From Diplonema japonicum (taxonomy: Eukaryota > Protista > Euglenozoa: Diplonemea): a DNA stretch of 64,000 nt. This document shows, one piece after another, positions 1-11,921 of this stretch; positions within the stretch are counted from its first letter, which is position 1, and each line of letters opens with the position of its first letter. The stretch lies in the NCBI GenBank assembly GCA_964019335.1, contig OZ025716.1, forward strand, positions 248,001 to 312,000, in the 5' to 3' direction. The position numbers were made by a program, and so were the translations under genes. The notes beneath the pieces are model-generated. The model did not search any database. It was not told the origin of the DNA and worked only from the letters and a program-made list of their open reading frames with translations.

Positions 1-2
1 AA

Positions 3-2066
3 CACGACGAACCGGCTTTCAAAACATCAACGGTGCACTACTGCGGGATCTGCACGGCTCCTGTCGAAATAGGAACGGACATCGCCGCGTTGGAGGAACA
101 CCTGGCGAAACACGGGAAACAACTAACCGCGATGAACCACTGGGCGTCGATACGGCCCTGGAAGAAACCGATCCTGCCTCCTAGCGAGATCTCCGACGAT
201 TGGAAAGACCTGTGCGAACAAATCCAGCAATGGAGGGACAGCCGCGCGGAAATCCAACAAAAACAAGAAGGCATTCGATGGCTCTCCCGTTTACTAGGCG
301 CCGAAAAAATCACACCCCACGGATCGATCATGACAGGTGTATCAGGTTCAGACCAATGGATTGACCTGTCCTTGCAAGGAACAAAGACGATATACACTGT
401 GAAGAACCTCCGTGTTCGGGATCTGGATGCGTTAAAAAAAAAACGAAACGAGCTTGAGTACAAGCACAACGTGATAATCCTGCCGGAGAAGGAAAAGGAG
501 GAGAAGGGCATGGTCACAGTCATGTCGCACGTTGCAGGACGCGAAGAAGGCGCATTAGCATGCATCGAGATGATAAAAAAAGTACTAAGCCGGAAGCACA
601 TCACGCTCACAACAAGAGAAGGCACACCCGAGAAAAAAACAATTCTTCAAATGGCAGAGGCGCGGCTTTCAAAGGTTCTCCACCCTTCTTGCACGGATCT
701 GAACTTGAACTCAAAAACACCGGTTTTGAAGCTAAGAGCAGAGGGCAAACCATGCCAAGACAACACCCTTCTCGTACCCATCCCCGGGAAATCTTTGGAA
801 CTACTCGATGGTAAAAAGATTCCTCACGGTGAGTATCGCAACGGGGATATCTCATTCCCAGAACCAGAGGCGGCTATGGACGCTCTTGATCTTCTTGAAT
901 CGCAGCATTTACCTGTAAAACTATATTATCCAAAGTGCTTGGGTTACAACTGGTCGTTGTCCGCGTCTCCATCACGAGGCCCGAGAAATTCCCGGTTGTT
1001 AAGAAGGCTATTGGACTCGATAGGTGAGCCAGGAATTGTTGCGTGCTGTTTACTCACAAGATGGGGAAAACGGCACTCGGTATTCGACACGCGAAACGGG
1101 TTTGTTTCGTCGGAATCGTTAATCGTTATGTTCTGTTTCTACCTCCAGCAAATCGGGGCGTGCGGGTATATAGACCACGAAAGCGTTCCTGAAGAGGACG
1201 ATTCTGATGGACAGAGCTACCCGGTCCCGAAAGATCTTGAGCCTGGTGCCCATGCGACGGTATTATCGTACGTTATAGGATTCTTCCAGTATTTCTCCGT
1301 GTTTGACTGGACGAAGAGGGTTGTTACTCTTAACTCCCCGCCGTGGGTGCCGGTTTCACCTTCTGAGTTGAACTTCACGGTCGAAATGTCCATTTCAACA
1401 TTCCACAAACATGTTAAAGAACATGTTTATTGCAATCTGGTGGTCTTGGACGCGTATGAAGTAACGAATACCGCGCGGAGAATAGGTGTAAGCAGGCAGC
1501 ATTTCGTGAAGGGGATTCTTCGGCTGTCGTACAGGCTTCTCGCAGGGCAGTTCCCTCGTGGGGTGTTCGAAAGCTACAAGTACCGGCTCGGCTTGACGTT
1601 CAACGCAAGTTTTATCGCTGAAGGGGAAATACCTTGGAAGTCGTTGGGTTTGAAAGCACCGTCTTCACCGTGTCTTGATAACAGAGAGGTGTTTCTACCG
1701 GCATTGCCTGTTATTGAAGAGGAAGTAGTGTGTTATTCGCCACGTATAACGGAGCTGCCAAATCCTCTTGGGAAGGGTCTTCCGGTGATGCTGCGGCAGA
1801 CGAAGGTTAGAAGGGAGCAGCATTGTGCCGTTTCTGCGCCGCCTCAGCATCTGCACCACCTGCAGCATTTTTACCAGCATGGGTATTTTTTGCCGTTGTC
1901 GCCGCTTGCGACCAGGTACTACTTCAACCTTAGCGTGTACGGGTGCCCGGTGGTGCGTTACGCAAAGCCCGATGCGCTTCGGGAGCAGAGCACCGAAAGC
2001 ACAACGTCGCAGGAAAGCAGCAGCACGTCGGGCAGTGATGAAACCAGCTCTAGTGAAAAACAATAG
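3..2066 (+). CDS. TUTase/Cid1-family (Pol beta superfamily) nucleotidyltransferase-like protein with N-terminal C2H2-like finger; 5'-partial; probably catalytically degenerate
   Basis: Frame is open from base 3. Motifs: CGIC...HLAKH; HGSIMTG...IDL; GPRNSRLLR...LLTRWGK...D...GFVSSESLIVM..FYLQ; PAP-associated FFQYFSVFDW...LVVLDAYEVTNTARRI. Confidence 0.75.
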   Translation, partial: HDEPAFKTSTVHYCGICTAPVEIGTDIAALEEHLAKHGKQLTAMNHWASIRPWKKPILPPSEISDDWKDLCEQIQQWRDSRAEIQQKQEGIRWLSRLLGAEKITPHGSIMTGVSGSDQWIDLSLQGTKTIYTVKNLRVRDLDALKKKRNELEYKHNVIILPEKEKEEKGMVTVMSHVAGREEGALACIEMIKKVLSRKHITLTTREGTPEKKTILQMAEARLSKVLHPSCTDLNLNSKTPVLKLRAEGKPCQDNTLLVPIPGKSLELLDGKKIPHGEYRNGDISFPEPEAAMDALDLLESQHLPVKLYYPKCLGYNWSLSASPSRGPRNSRLLRRLLDSIGEPGIVACCLLTRWGKRHSVFDTRNGFVSSESLIVMFCFYLQQIGACGYIDHESVPEEDDSDGQSYPVPKDLEPGAHATVLSYVIGFFQYFSVFDWTKRVVTLNSPPWVPVSPSELNFTVEMSISTFHKHVKEHVYCNLVVLDAYEVTNTARRIGVSRQHFVKGILRLSYRLLAGQFPRGVFESYKYRLGLTFNASFIAEGEIPWKSLGLKAPSSPCLDNREVFLPALPVIEEEVVCYSPRITELPNPLGKGLPVMLRQTKVRREQHCAVSAPPQHLHHLQHFYQHGYFLPLSPLATRYYFNLSVYGCPVVRYAKPDALREQSTESTTSQESSSTSGSDETSSSEKQ

Positions 2067-2068
2067 TT

Positions 2069-2101
<33 letters not shown>

Positions 2102-2164
2102 AAAAAAAAAAAAAATGTTTTATTTTTAAAAAAAAGGTTTTCACCCCTTTCGTCATTTTTCTTT

Positions 2165-2520
2165 CACTGCTCGCCCCGTAAAGTTAAACGAGTTAAATTA
2201 TGAGATTCTTTTGGATGTTACAAATAATGGCGCTTCAGGGTGGGAAAAAAAAAAAAAAAGTGGAGTATTTTGACTATTTTTTAGTCATTTGAGGCCATTC
2301 CGGCCCTTAAAAGTGGGAAAAATAAGTGCTTACCGTATTGCCTTAGGGAAATCCTCAAAAAAAGCTGACTCGTGTGAGGAAAACGGCAGTGAAAGCAGTG
2401 ACTCAAATGATGAAGAGTGAAATAAAAACGACTTACTTGCCGCCAAATGAGCCATTATTTTACACTTGTTACCATTTTCTTTTTTGCATTCGGGAACTCG
2501 AGTTAAAACAATGGCTCATA
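2165..2520 (+). repeat. Dispersed repeat (probable non-autonomous element); inverted copy at ~50350-50600
   Basis: Blocks ATAATGGCGCTTCAG, GGCCCTTAAAAGTGGGAA..TAAGTGCTT and AACTCGAGTTAAA recur as reverse complements at 50350-50600. Boundaries approximate. Confidence 0.7.
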
Positions 2521-3626
2521 ATTTGTTGGCAATAAATAGCTATTTTTGTGGGGGGGGGGGACTAAATGGATTTGATTCCTGGTGGTATAGCGGCTATTCC
2601 CCTCCTCCCCCTCCCCCCCACTAATTCAGAAAAGCTCATGATTTCTTTTTTTTCTCTTTTTTTTACGTTGTATAATTAAGTGTCCCTTTCTCTCATGAGA
2701 AGAAAAAAAAAAAAAAAAGAGAGTTGTGATGGGGTATCTATTGGAAAAAGTTTTAAAAAAAAAAAAAAGAAAAAGGCAAAATGGTGTCAGCTCAGACTGC
2801 TCTTCCCACAGCACTGAAAAAGCTTTACCCGTGGGGGGGAAGAAAAAGGACAGAACGAAGCACAAATGTCTCCTGCTCAACCCAAATGGCAGTGAGAAAA
2901 GATTGTGCACTTCTTTTAGCATTCCCCCCCCCTCCCCCTCCCTAGCTACTGCGCCAGAAGTTACGCTTAGAAGCGGTGTTCTGTATGGATACGAAGTTTG
3001 CCCTGCTTTTTTATACAGCACTCACCCTTGGCGTGCCTGATTACATTTTTTTTTTTTTTAAATCTTTTTTTAAAGGGACCCCATCACAAAGAGAGGAGAA
3101 TGGAGAAACAGATTACCTTTTGTTTTCGTTTTTTTTTTTTTTTTATTCGTGCGTGGGAAGAAAAGAAAGAAGAAGAAAAAAAGTAAGTGTTCTCCCCCCG
3201 CCCCACATTATTTTTCATCAATCGCCTGCAGTGCCCTTTTTTTTGTTTGATGCGCCAGGTGGTTCTATTAAACGTTGAATAGGTGTCCAGATAATGTAAC
3301 GAGAGAATAACATAAAAAAGAGGGGGGACATCCCATTCCCCATTCCCCCCCAAAAAATATTTATACAATTGTCAAATACATCCTCATATACCCCACCCGC
3401 GATCTTTTCTTTAAGGAAAGGGGAAGGAGGAAAAAAAAAAAAAAAAAACGAGAAGAAGAAAAAGAAAAAGAAGAAAGAAAGAAAAGTGGGGCATTCGTGC
3501 ACCCCCCCCCCCCCCCCCCCACCTTGCTCCGTTTACTCAGTTTTTCGTTTTTAACAATTATTGTCGAGCTCGCGTGCGCAACATCGTGAAAAGCGCCCAA
3601 ACTAATTTTTTCCTTTTTTGTCTATC

Positions 3627-3668
<42 letters not shown>

Positions 3669-5135
3669 AAAAAAGAAGGGGGAAAAAAAAAATGTGTCCA
3701 GTAAAAGATTTCCACACTTTCCCCCCCCTGGGTAATCCCCTCCCCCATACATTTAGGAGGGGAAAGAGAAAAAAGTTTCCTCCTTCCACATCCCTTTTCC
3801 TTTTTTTTTTTTTGTGTAGAAAATGGCTCTGGTTGCTAGGTGAAAAGCCATGGGTTTGGTCAGAACAGTAAATATTCTTTTTTTTGGGGGGGATCTTTAG
3901 TAATTCCTGAGGAATGGATCGTCCACTGCACGTGTATCATGACTTAGAGAGAGTGTTTTCAAGAAGAAAAAAAAAAAAAATGTGCCGAATGGGTGGCACC
4001 CAGGCCCCCTAAACTGGTGGAAAGTGCAGAATTCTTTAATTTTTCAAGAAAACCAGGAAAGAAAAAAAAAAAGAAGAAAAAAAAAAACAATTCTTAACCT
4101 TTCCCGTCCCTCATTTTTTTTTTTTTTTTTTTTTTTCTTTTTTCGTTTTACATTTTTCTCAGATTTTGTGGTAAGCGTGTGCTTATATTTTTTGTTTGTT
4201 TGTTTGTTTTTTTTTTTTGGTGTGGTCGTTGCTAACAGTTCTCCCCCCGTCAACAGTGAATTTCTTTTTTTGTCCCTCCCCCCCCCCTTTTTTTTGTGTA
4301 AACAAGAAAACAATAATTATAAATGGCTAGTCGTGTAATGTGAGACCCATTCCGCAACGTGCCTCAGTGGCTTTGTTAGTTCTTTTCTTTTTCTTCAATG
4401 CAAGTACTCGGCCAGGTGCGGTGCGCACGACAATCTATTTCTTTTTTTATTTTTTTATTTTCTTCCGGAACTTCGAGTTAAACTTTTTCTTTTTGTGTTG
4501 TAAATGTGACGTGAGGAAGGGGGGGGGGGAGAAAAGAGAGAAAAAAAAAAAAGAAGGGCAAGGTACTTCTCCGTTCGAACAAACGGCCTCGAAATCGAAA
4601 CCAATGTCTAAAAATGCCTTGATGCACCTCCGATACACACGACTGTGGCCACGTACAAGTGAGATGAGCGACTCGTTTGACAAAAGGGTATTTTTTAAAA
4701 AGGTTTTTGATTTAGTTTTTCCACTTAGTGTTCATCAGTGTATGTAAGAACTAACCCTTCAGAAAAAAGGCTGGCACTATAATTGTAACAAATGGGGGGG
4801 GTTTTTTTTTTCTTTTATAAACTTTTTTTTTTTCATTTCAAGTTTCTTTTTTTTTTTCTTTCTTTTTTTTTTTTTCCTTTTTCTATCCCGGAGCCACGTA
4901 ACAAAACAGAACACGGGCACCCTCTTTTCCCTTTCCCCCCCCCCCCCTGCTCCCCCTTATTTGCGATAGGAAACAATAAAAAAAAAATCGAAAAAAAAAA
5001 CGCTTTTTTTTTTTTTTCCGGACTTCTTTCCTTTTATTTTTATTTTCTTGCTTAGTTCCTCCCCCTGAAGAAGAAAAAGAAAAAGGGGGAAAACACACGG
5101 GGGAAAAAAAAAAAGAAAAAAAAAAGAGAAAATAA

Positions 5136-5447
5136 ATGGAGTACACAGACGGCTGCAACAACAGGTATTCGCTTAATGACAACATCCTGAGTTACAGAGG
5201 CATGGCACCAAGGATGAGCTCCTCAGGGAGGTACTCTGGTGGGCCTGACAAACAGGTACACGTTTCTCCAGAAGTAGCGCGTCGCTTAATGGAACTTGTG
5301 AACGCTGCAGCCGCAGATGTCTCGCAGCACGAAACGAAACGAAGCATGGGAATGCCTGTTGTTTCTGTGGGCAGCTTAAGCTTCATTTTGAACGGCTCAA
5401 AACACCCGAAGAAGCTTGAATCGGCGCTTAAAGCAGCATTTCTATGA
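5136..5447 (+). CDS. Small hypothetical protein (103 aa)
   Basis: ATG follows the A-rich leader seen before other genes; normal-complexity coding-like sequence; no recognisable domain. Confidence 0.4.
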   Translation: MEYTDGCNNRYSLNDNILSYRGMAPRMSSSGRYSGGPDKQVHVSPEVARRLMELVNAAAADVSQHETKRSMGMPVVSVGSLSFILNGSKHPKKLESALKAAFL

Positions 5448-6515
5448 AATTTTAACCCTTCGCGCAAACTTCAGCCTGGGGAGGTCTTGCAGGTCTTCCA
5501 AGTTCCGCCGCACGCCAGTAGTCTCACTGAAGTGACTTTATCGACGGTTTTAAGGCTAATATGATTCCCCCCCCCCCGACAAATCCCTAACCTGCAACAA
5601 AAAGCATAACTCACGTTCTTTCTTTTTTTTTTTTTTTTATATGAGCTCGTCCGAAGAAAAATGTCAACACTTTTTTTGGGCACCTCCGAAGATTTCTTTG
5701 TTTTGATTATTTGAGAAAAAAAAGGGCAGCATGCAACCATAGGAAGATGACATACATGGTGTACATGACGCCGTTCTTTCAATTGCGATGCTTGTTTTGC
5801 CATGAGGGTGGCAGGCTTTGCAACCGGTTGCCCCCGGGAAGCGTAACAGAGGTCAGAAACAACGACGAAAAATGTTTAAAATGCAGCTTAAAAGCTTGAA
5901 ATGCAGCACCTCGGGTGCATAAAAGTGGTGAACACACACCTTTGTGACCCCTGGGTACAACCCAGGGTCGGGTTACTGTTAAAAGTACTTAGCGAAAAAT
6001 ATATGGCGTTGCATAGCCCCCAAAAAACCGGTTTTTTTAGCCCTATTTTTTGCTTTTTCGAGGGGTTCCTAAGGGAATTGGCCTAAAAGGCCCATTTTCC
6101 TGAAAACCCAATTCTTAACACTTGTCTGCTCAACATCGGTATCTTTGGGGCCATACATGCATTCTCTACCCATCTGCTGAGGTTTGTCATTCTTTTTCTT
6201 ACTCATGACAAATTATAAATTATGAAGTTTGCTTTTAAAGGGCCCTTAAGGGATTTTAGCCTAAAATGGGCATTGTACCACCCCATTTTAATGGTGATAA
6301 AGAGCCCAAACCACCCAAAATGACCCCCTAAGTTTCACAGATTTCCCATCAAAAAATTAAAATTTTTGTATAGGCATTTTAAGTACCATAGACCCTTACC
6401 CTTGCACAGAATGACCTAGTTCCGCGATTTCTTTTCCATCGAAAATCACTTTTGGCCCCTAGATTAACCTCCAAAAACACCCTCGAAACCAGTTTTTGGT
6501 GGCACGAAAGTGAAT

Positions 6516-8521
6516 ATGAGCAGTACTGATTCAGACGAGTTCGGGAGTGCCTAAGGGGACATTCTCACTGACGATGGGACCTCATCTAGTGCCAGTAGTG
6601 ACGAGGAGAGTGAAGATATGCCCTGGGAGACCGAGATTACGCAGGTTACGCGTAAGAAGTGGCGGGGCGTAGCAGGCCCGAAATCACCCGTTTCGCACAT
6701 GAGTGCATCAAGGGTTTTCAAACTGTTCATCCCCATGGTGTTTGTACAATCTCTTTGCACCGTTTGCCAGGACCACAACCCCGACTTTGACTTCACTGTG
6801 GACGATATCTATGAGTTTCTGGCCTTGTGGATGCTCATGGACATCATCCGCAAAGCCGACATCAAAAGATTACTGGTCGACTGTTCCTTCCCTAGCCACA
6901 CCCTTTTTGGCAAGCGTAATGCAACGTGACCGCTTCTTGCGCTTACAACGGTCGTTGCATTTTGGGGAGGGTGAGGAAACAGATAAGTTGCGAAAAGTAA
7001 GATTCCTGCTCTCCTCCATCGTCCCTACCTGGCTGCAACACTATTCCCCCGGAAAATCAATCAGTGTTGATGAGAGTATGATCAAGTCACACGGTAGGCA
7101 TCGCTTCAGAGTATTCCAGCCTGCAAAGAGGACACGCTATGGGCTGAAGGTGTACACCGCGGCAGAATCTGACACGGGGTACGTGTTCAACTTGTCGATC
7201 TACTGTAAAGACCCTGCCAACACCATCGTCCCGAGCTTGTTAGAAAAGCTCTGTCATAAAGGCCACTGGCTCGGCATCGATAACTTCTATACAAGCGTTC
7301 CCCTTGTACTACAGTTGTGGGAATCTGGATTCCATGTGGTGGGAACAATTCGAAGAAATCGCCGAAATCTGCCTGATCTAGCCCAAGTGAGGAAACAAGT
7401 TGGCCCAGGCAGGCCCAAAAAAGGTACCGCGCGGAGCGACAACAGCTTTTCGACCGTTATGCGCCAGTGTGGAAACATTCACTTCATTCTATGGAAAGAT
7501 AGAAAGAAGGATGTGAGAATGTTATCCACTTTGCCGATTGGTTTGCCTATGGGCACACTCACCCGACGCGACAAGAATGGGCAAACCAAGAAGGTACCCG
7601 CACCACCCCAGGTCTACTTTACAACAAGATCATGGGCGGCGTAGATCTCGGTGATAGTATAAAGGCTAGATGTATCAGGACCGTTCGTGGGAGGAAGTGG
7701 ACACTGAAGGTGTTCCACCACCTAGTAAATATATCCGCCCTCAACGCCTTTATCCTGTTTAAGCGCCACACCAGTGAAGGAAAAGGGCAAGTGGACCTCA
7801 GTTTTAAGAATTTTAAACTGAGGCTCGTCCACGAGTTGGTCGCTGAGGTGAAACAAAACCGCCAAGAAACTGCAAGCACCTGTTCTGCAGGCCCCCGTTG
7901 TGCCAGCACCAGTTCTGCAATAGAGACAGGGGGGGGCAGGGAAGATGTCAGGCGCGATCCCACCAAGGGCCACTGGCCCAAAAAACTGGATGCAGCAAGA
8001 CAATGCACACACCACATGCGTGTTTTGGGGGTCCGGGTGCAAACTATCTTCATCTGCAAGGCTTGTAACGTGCATCTGTGCCCAGCTTGCTTTGCAGACT
8101 ATCACGAACCAGTGGTTTACCCACCCCAATCTACCCCCTCTGGAGGCCCGGCCACACCGAAGAAACGCCTAAGGTACCAGCGTCTCCAAACACATACCCT
8201 TCTCCCCAGGTCGTCATCTGAGCCAAGTCCCAAAAGCAAAACCCCCCCTAGCACTCCGAGGCCCAAGCGAAAAAAGTAAGGAAGTGTCTATCCTATGGGT
8301 GGGTTTTTACAATAAATTTCACTTCAATTCCTTATTCTATTCACTTCCCAGGGCCTTTGAGGGGCGTCTGGGGGTGTTTTTTGTCCCTCCTGGGTGATGT
8401 ATTTTCTTTTACACAAGCGTCGTTCTATGGTTGCATGCTCGAGGATGTTTTAATTTTAGAAAATAAAAAAGTCGATGGTGACCTTTTTTTTGCCCAAAAA
8501 CCCCCGTCCTTTAATGGTTAA
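6516..8521 (+). mobile_element. piggyBac transposon with frameshifted transposase pseudogene; 3' terminus present, 5' terminus not found
   Basis: Motifs MQRDRFLRL, SISVDESMI, YGLKVY, GIDNFYTS, GTIRRNR, YNKIMGGVD, KWTLKVFHHL and C-terminal CKAC..HLC..CF..YH are split over three frames (frameshifts near 6870 and 7620; early stop at 6552). Ends CCCCCGTCCTTTAATGG-TTAA (8518-8521), matching the corresponding end of the element at 15719. Confidence 0.9.
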
Positions 8522-8581
8522 ATGTAATTTCTTCTTTTAAAAGCAGTTTACAGTACATATAAAGAAGATAAATAAAAAGAA

Positions 8582-10720
8582 ATGGTAGTCAAAGCCCTGC
8601 TCAGGACCCTGCGGCCGCTGCTGAACCTGTTCAGCTGCAGCAACGACACCGCTTTAGAGGCCACACGGCGATTCACCTTCGGGTTGATTCTCCTGTCCGT
8701 TTTAGTCGTCAGCACATTCTACCACCTCGTAGTGTGGGATATAAACAGCTCCGGCCTGCTGATCACTGGCCTTGCGGTATGGTGCTTCTTCTCGTCTCTC
8801 ACAGCAATCATCTACATCAAGAGTGGTGGGAATGTAATGGGCCGCTTTCCCTTAGGATGTTCTTTTGTAATCTTCATAGCCATTTGGACGGCTGACTTGC
8901 TCGGCTCGCTCGGGATGATCACCCGTATGTGGTCGGCCAGCGTCCTTCTACTCGATGCTTTACTAATCTCCCGTGTTGAGGAATGGGTGGGCACTGCCGT
9001 CCTGGGGGTCATCACGTTGTGGCTTCTCGTTGACACGGTGGAGCACTCCTTCCGCTTCGGGTTGTATGATGACGAGACTTTACTATTTAAGTACGACGAC
9101 CGCGGTGGTGATAAATGTTCGAAGCCGCCCTGCAAGATCGGCATGATGTGGGGCAGCTTGAACATGCTAATGTTCGTTATCATCCTGTACCTTGACTATT
9201 TCATCACACGCGGGTTTGCGAAGGGGATGTACAACCAGCAGCGGCAGATGGAAAAGTCTGTTCAGCTTGCCAATCGTGTCGCCACGCAGCTCGCGGATTT
9301 TGACCTGTCAGGTGCGGCGCTTCACCTGTCGGAGGCGGAACAGGAAGGGCTACTTCCTACTGAAATGGTCGATGCTTTTCGAAAGCTCATTGCACACCTG
9401 CATATGTTTCGGCCTTATCTTCCGGAATCTCTTTTCGAAGACGGGGAGGCAGTGTTGGATGATGCAACTGAATTTAGCTTGACCATTGTGCAGGATGAAT
9501 CCTCAATAGTCTTTACAGACATTAAAGGCTCCACATCGTTGTGGCAGTCCGCCCCCGCTGTAATGTATGACGCGCTCCGTATCCATAACGATGTGATCCG
9601 AGAGTGCATGCAATCGCACAGCGGGTACGAGGTGAAGACTATCGGCGACTCGTTCATGATCGCCTTCACATCTCTCCAAAACGCTATGAATTTCGGTCTT
9701 GCTGTTCAGATTGGGCTGTTCAAAGAAGAGTGGCCGGAGGAGCTCTCTCGCTTAGACGATTCACACCACTCCCCCTCCGAAGGCTGGAACGGCCTACGCA
9801 TAAGAATCGGTGTGAACCACGGCGAAGTCCGCATGGAGCGAAACCCGATAACAAAGAGATTCGACTATTTCGGGAATATTGTTAACGTGGCGTCGCGTTT
9901 GGAAACCGCGTGCCCGGAAGGTGCGCTGGCGGTGACGCAAGCGTGTTCGGACGAACTGCAGAGCAACGGGCTGGCCCCGCATATTACAGTTCCCCTGCCT
10001 GGTCAGCAGTTAAAAGGTGTCACGGGAAGCACAAACATAGTCGTTTATTTCCCCGAAGAACTGCGGTCCCGCAAGACGAAGATCACGCGTTTGAAGAAGC
10101 TCGATGCTCCCTCCAGGTACGAGAGCTTGACATCTAGTTGTTCGTTGTTGGAAAATTTGGCGGCTGCTAACCATGTTGCCACCATTGCCGTTCTTGATGT
10201 GCATGTTGACAATGCGGTTTGCTTTTCCGAGCGTGCTTCAGACGTCGTGCATGCTGTGCAGAGAACGAGCGGTGCTGTCGCCGCAGCTGCCGATACTGTT
10301 ATGGTGTTGTCGTGGAATGTGTCGAAGAAGTGCAGGAGGCATCTTGAAGCTTGCTTGCAGTGCTTGAGTGGGACGGCCGAGCAGCCGGATGTGTTTTCCG
10401 GAGTCGTGTGTGGCCCAGCACGGCTTGCTCAAATCGGTTCCACCCACCATAAGTTTTTCACCACAATGGGCCCTTCCATTCGGCTTGCGCAGCACCTCGC
10501 ACGGCACAGTCTCGTTACAAAGACATCTTGCCACTTTGCCAACCTCGAGAATGGTGGCCTACCCAACGCTGTGAGTTCCCTAGCGCGTCCTGCTGAAACA
10601 TGGAATGCTGCACACTTATTCCCCGACGCCTCCGCGGTGAGTATCTACTGTCTGCCGTTCAGGAACGAAGACGTTGTACAACATGCAACAGAAGTAGTAG
10701 CTTTGGAAAACGAGAAATGA
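8582..10720 (+). CDS. Receptor-type adenylate cyclase: ~6 TM region, intact class III catalytic domain, second degenerate cyclase-like domain
   Basis: Hydrophobic N-terminal helices; VFTDIKGST, GYEVKTIGDSFM, GLRIRIGVNHG, DYFGNIVNVASRL; C-terminal VLSWN...RH...IGS...F...G degenerate domain. Confidence 0.9.
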   Translation: MVVKALLRTLRPLLNLFSCSNDTALEATRRFTFGLILLSVLVVSTFYHLVVWDINSSGLLITGLAVWCFFSSLTAIIYIKSGGNVMGRFPLGCSFVIFIAIWTADLLGSLGMITRMWSASVLLLDALLISRVEEWVGTAVLGVITLWLLVDTVEHSFRFGLYDDETLLFKYDDRGGDKCSKPPCKIGMMWGSLNMLMFVIILYLDYFITRGFAKGMYNQQRQMEKSVQLANRVATQLADFDLSGAALHLSEAEQEGLLPTEMVDAFRKLIAHLHMFRPYLPESLFEDGEAVLDDATEFSLTIVQDESSIVFTDIKGSTSLWQSAPAVMYDALRIHNDVIRECMQSHSGYEVKTIGDSFMIAFTSLQNAMNFGLAVQIGLFKEEWPEELSRLDDSHHSPSEGWNGLRIRIGVNHGEVRMERNPITKRFDYFGNIVNVASRLETACPEGALAVTQACSDELQSNGLAPHITVPLPGQQLKGVTGSTNIVVYFPEELRSRKTKITRLKKLDAPSRYESLTSSCSLLENLAAANHVATIAVLDVHVDNAVCFSERASDVVHAVQRTSGAVAAAADTVMVLSWNVSKKCRRHLEACLQCLSGTAEQPDVFSGVVCGPARLAQIGSTHHKFFTTMGPSIRLAQHLARHSLVTKTSCHFANLENGGLPNAVSSLARPAETWNAAHLFPDASAVSIYCLPFRNEDVVQHATEVVALENEK

Positions 10721-10882
10721 AGAGAAGAAGGGGGGGTGTTTTCACATCCTTTTTCTTCGAGCTAAAAAAAGGAGTTCTTTTTATTTCTTTCTTTTTTTTT
10801 TTTACAACTTTTTACTTGGTGTTGCCAAATGAACAAAAAAAAAAAAAAAAGAAAGAAAAAAAAAAAGGAAGGGGGGAAAAGA

Positions 10883-11824
10883 ATGCCCGTTGTACCACCA
10901 CTAGACGAAATAAAACATGCCCAAGAAATTCTTAAGAAGATGGGGGTTCAGAGAAACCCGCTGGTGAGATGCCGGATCGGTGAGGGGAAAGATATCTATT
11001 TGAAGCTGGAAAACCTCAGCGAGGTAGGAAGCTTCAAGGTGAAGGGCTCAGGCTACGCAATAAGCAAGACCCCCAACAACGAGGTGGCAACGTGCAGCGC
11101 CGGGAACATGGGACAGGGCGTCGCGTTCCACTGCAACAAAACCGGAAAGAAGTGCACCGTTATAGTACCGGAGAACGCGCCAGAAGCGAAGCTTCAAGGC
11201 ATGCGCGATCTGAACGCAAAAGTAGTAAAAGTTCCTTTTGAAGAGTGGTGGGAGACCATGGAAAGCGAGGATTGTACCAAGCACGCCCCAGGGCATGCTT
11301 TCATCCACCCATGCAGTTCTCAAGACGTCTTAACGGGTAACGCTGTGATAGGGCTCGAGATACTTGAGGATATCCCGAAGCCTGACCATATATATGTCCC
11401 GTTCGGTGGAGGATCTCTTGCTTGTGGGGTAGCATCGGCAATGAAGCATCTGTCAGAGGGAACTGTTGTGCATTCTGCGGAGCCTGAGACCGCTGCGTCG
11501 TTCGCGAACTCTATGTCGCAGAGTGCCATGGTTCCCTTCCCCGATTGGTCCGCCTCATTTGTAGATGGCTGCGGTTCGAAGGCACCGCTCCCTAGCATGT
11601 GGCCGCTCACGTCAAAGATGATCAACAAGGCTCATGCGGTTCCCCTAGACGATATTCGCAGCGTTATAAAACAGTTGTTTGTTAAGCATCGAATCGTCGT
11701 GGAAGGCGCCGGTGCCTGCTCCCTCGCCGCGGCCCTCCGCGACACCACCACCACAGGTACCATCGTGTGCGTGATAAGTGGTGGTTGTATCAACCCCAGC
11801 GTGTTGTTCGACATTGTTTCTTGA
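10883..11824 (+). CDS. PLP-dependent serine/threonine dehydratase / serine racemase family
   Basis: YLKLENLSEVGSFKVKG (PLP lysine), CSAGNMGQG, VPFGGGSL, VVEGAGA, VISGG. Start placed at MPVV after the A-rich leader. Confidence 0.9.
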   Translation: MPVVPPLDEIKHAQEILKKMGVQRNPLVRCRIGEGKDIYLKLENLSEVGSFKVKGSGYAISKTPNNEVATCSAGNMGQGVAFHCNKTGKKCTVIVPENAPEAKLQGMRDLNAKVVKVPFEEWWETMESEDCTKHAPGHAFIHPCSSQDVLTGNAVIGLEILEDIPKPDHIYVPFGGGSLACGVASAMKHLSEGTVVHSAEPETAASFANSMSQSAMVPFPDWSASFVDGCGSKAPLPSMWPLTSKMINKAHAVPLDDIRSVIKQLFVKHRIVVEGAGACSLAAALRDTTTTGTIVCVISGGCINPSVLFDIVS

Positions 11825-11921
11825 GAATAAAAAAAAAAAAGGGAAAAAAACGTTTACCCCCCCCCTAAAAAAACCGGTTTCCATGTCTATGAAGGAAAAA
11901 AAAAAAAAAAAAAAAGAAAGA

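Noticed and set aside
2600-5100. Many poly-F/poly-K ORFs here and at 32000-33500, 38600-39300, 43700-46700
   Set aside because: Translations of homopolymer tracts lacking stop codons. The same applies to spurious N-terminal extensions on real genes such as 58101-58310.
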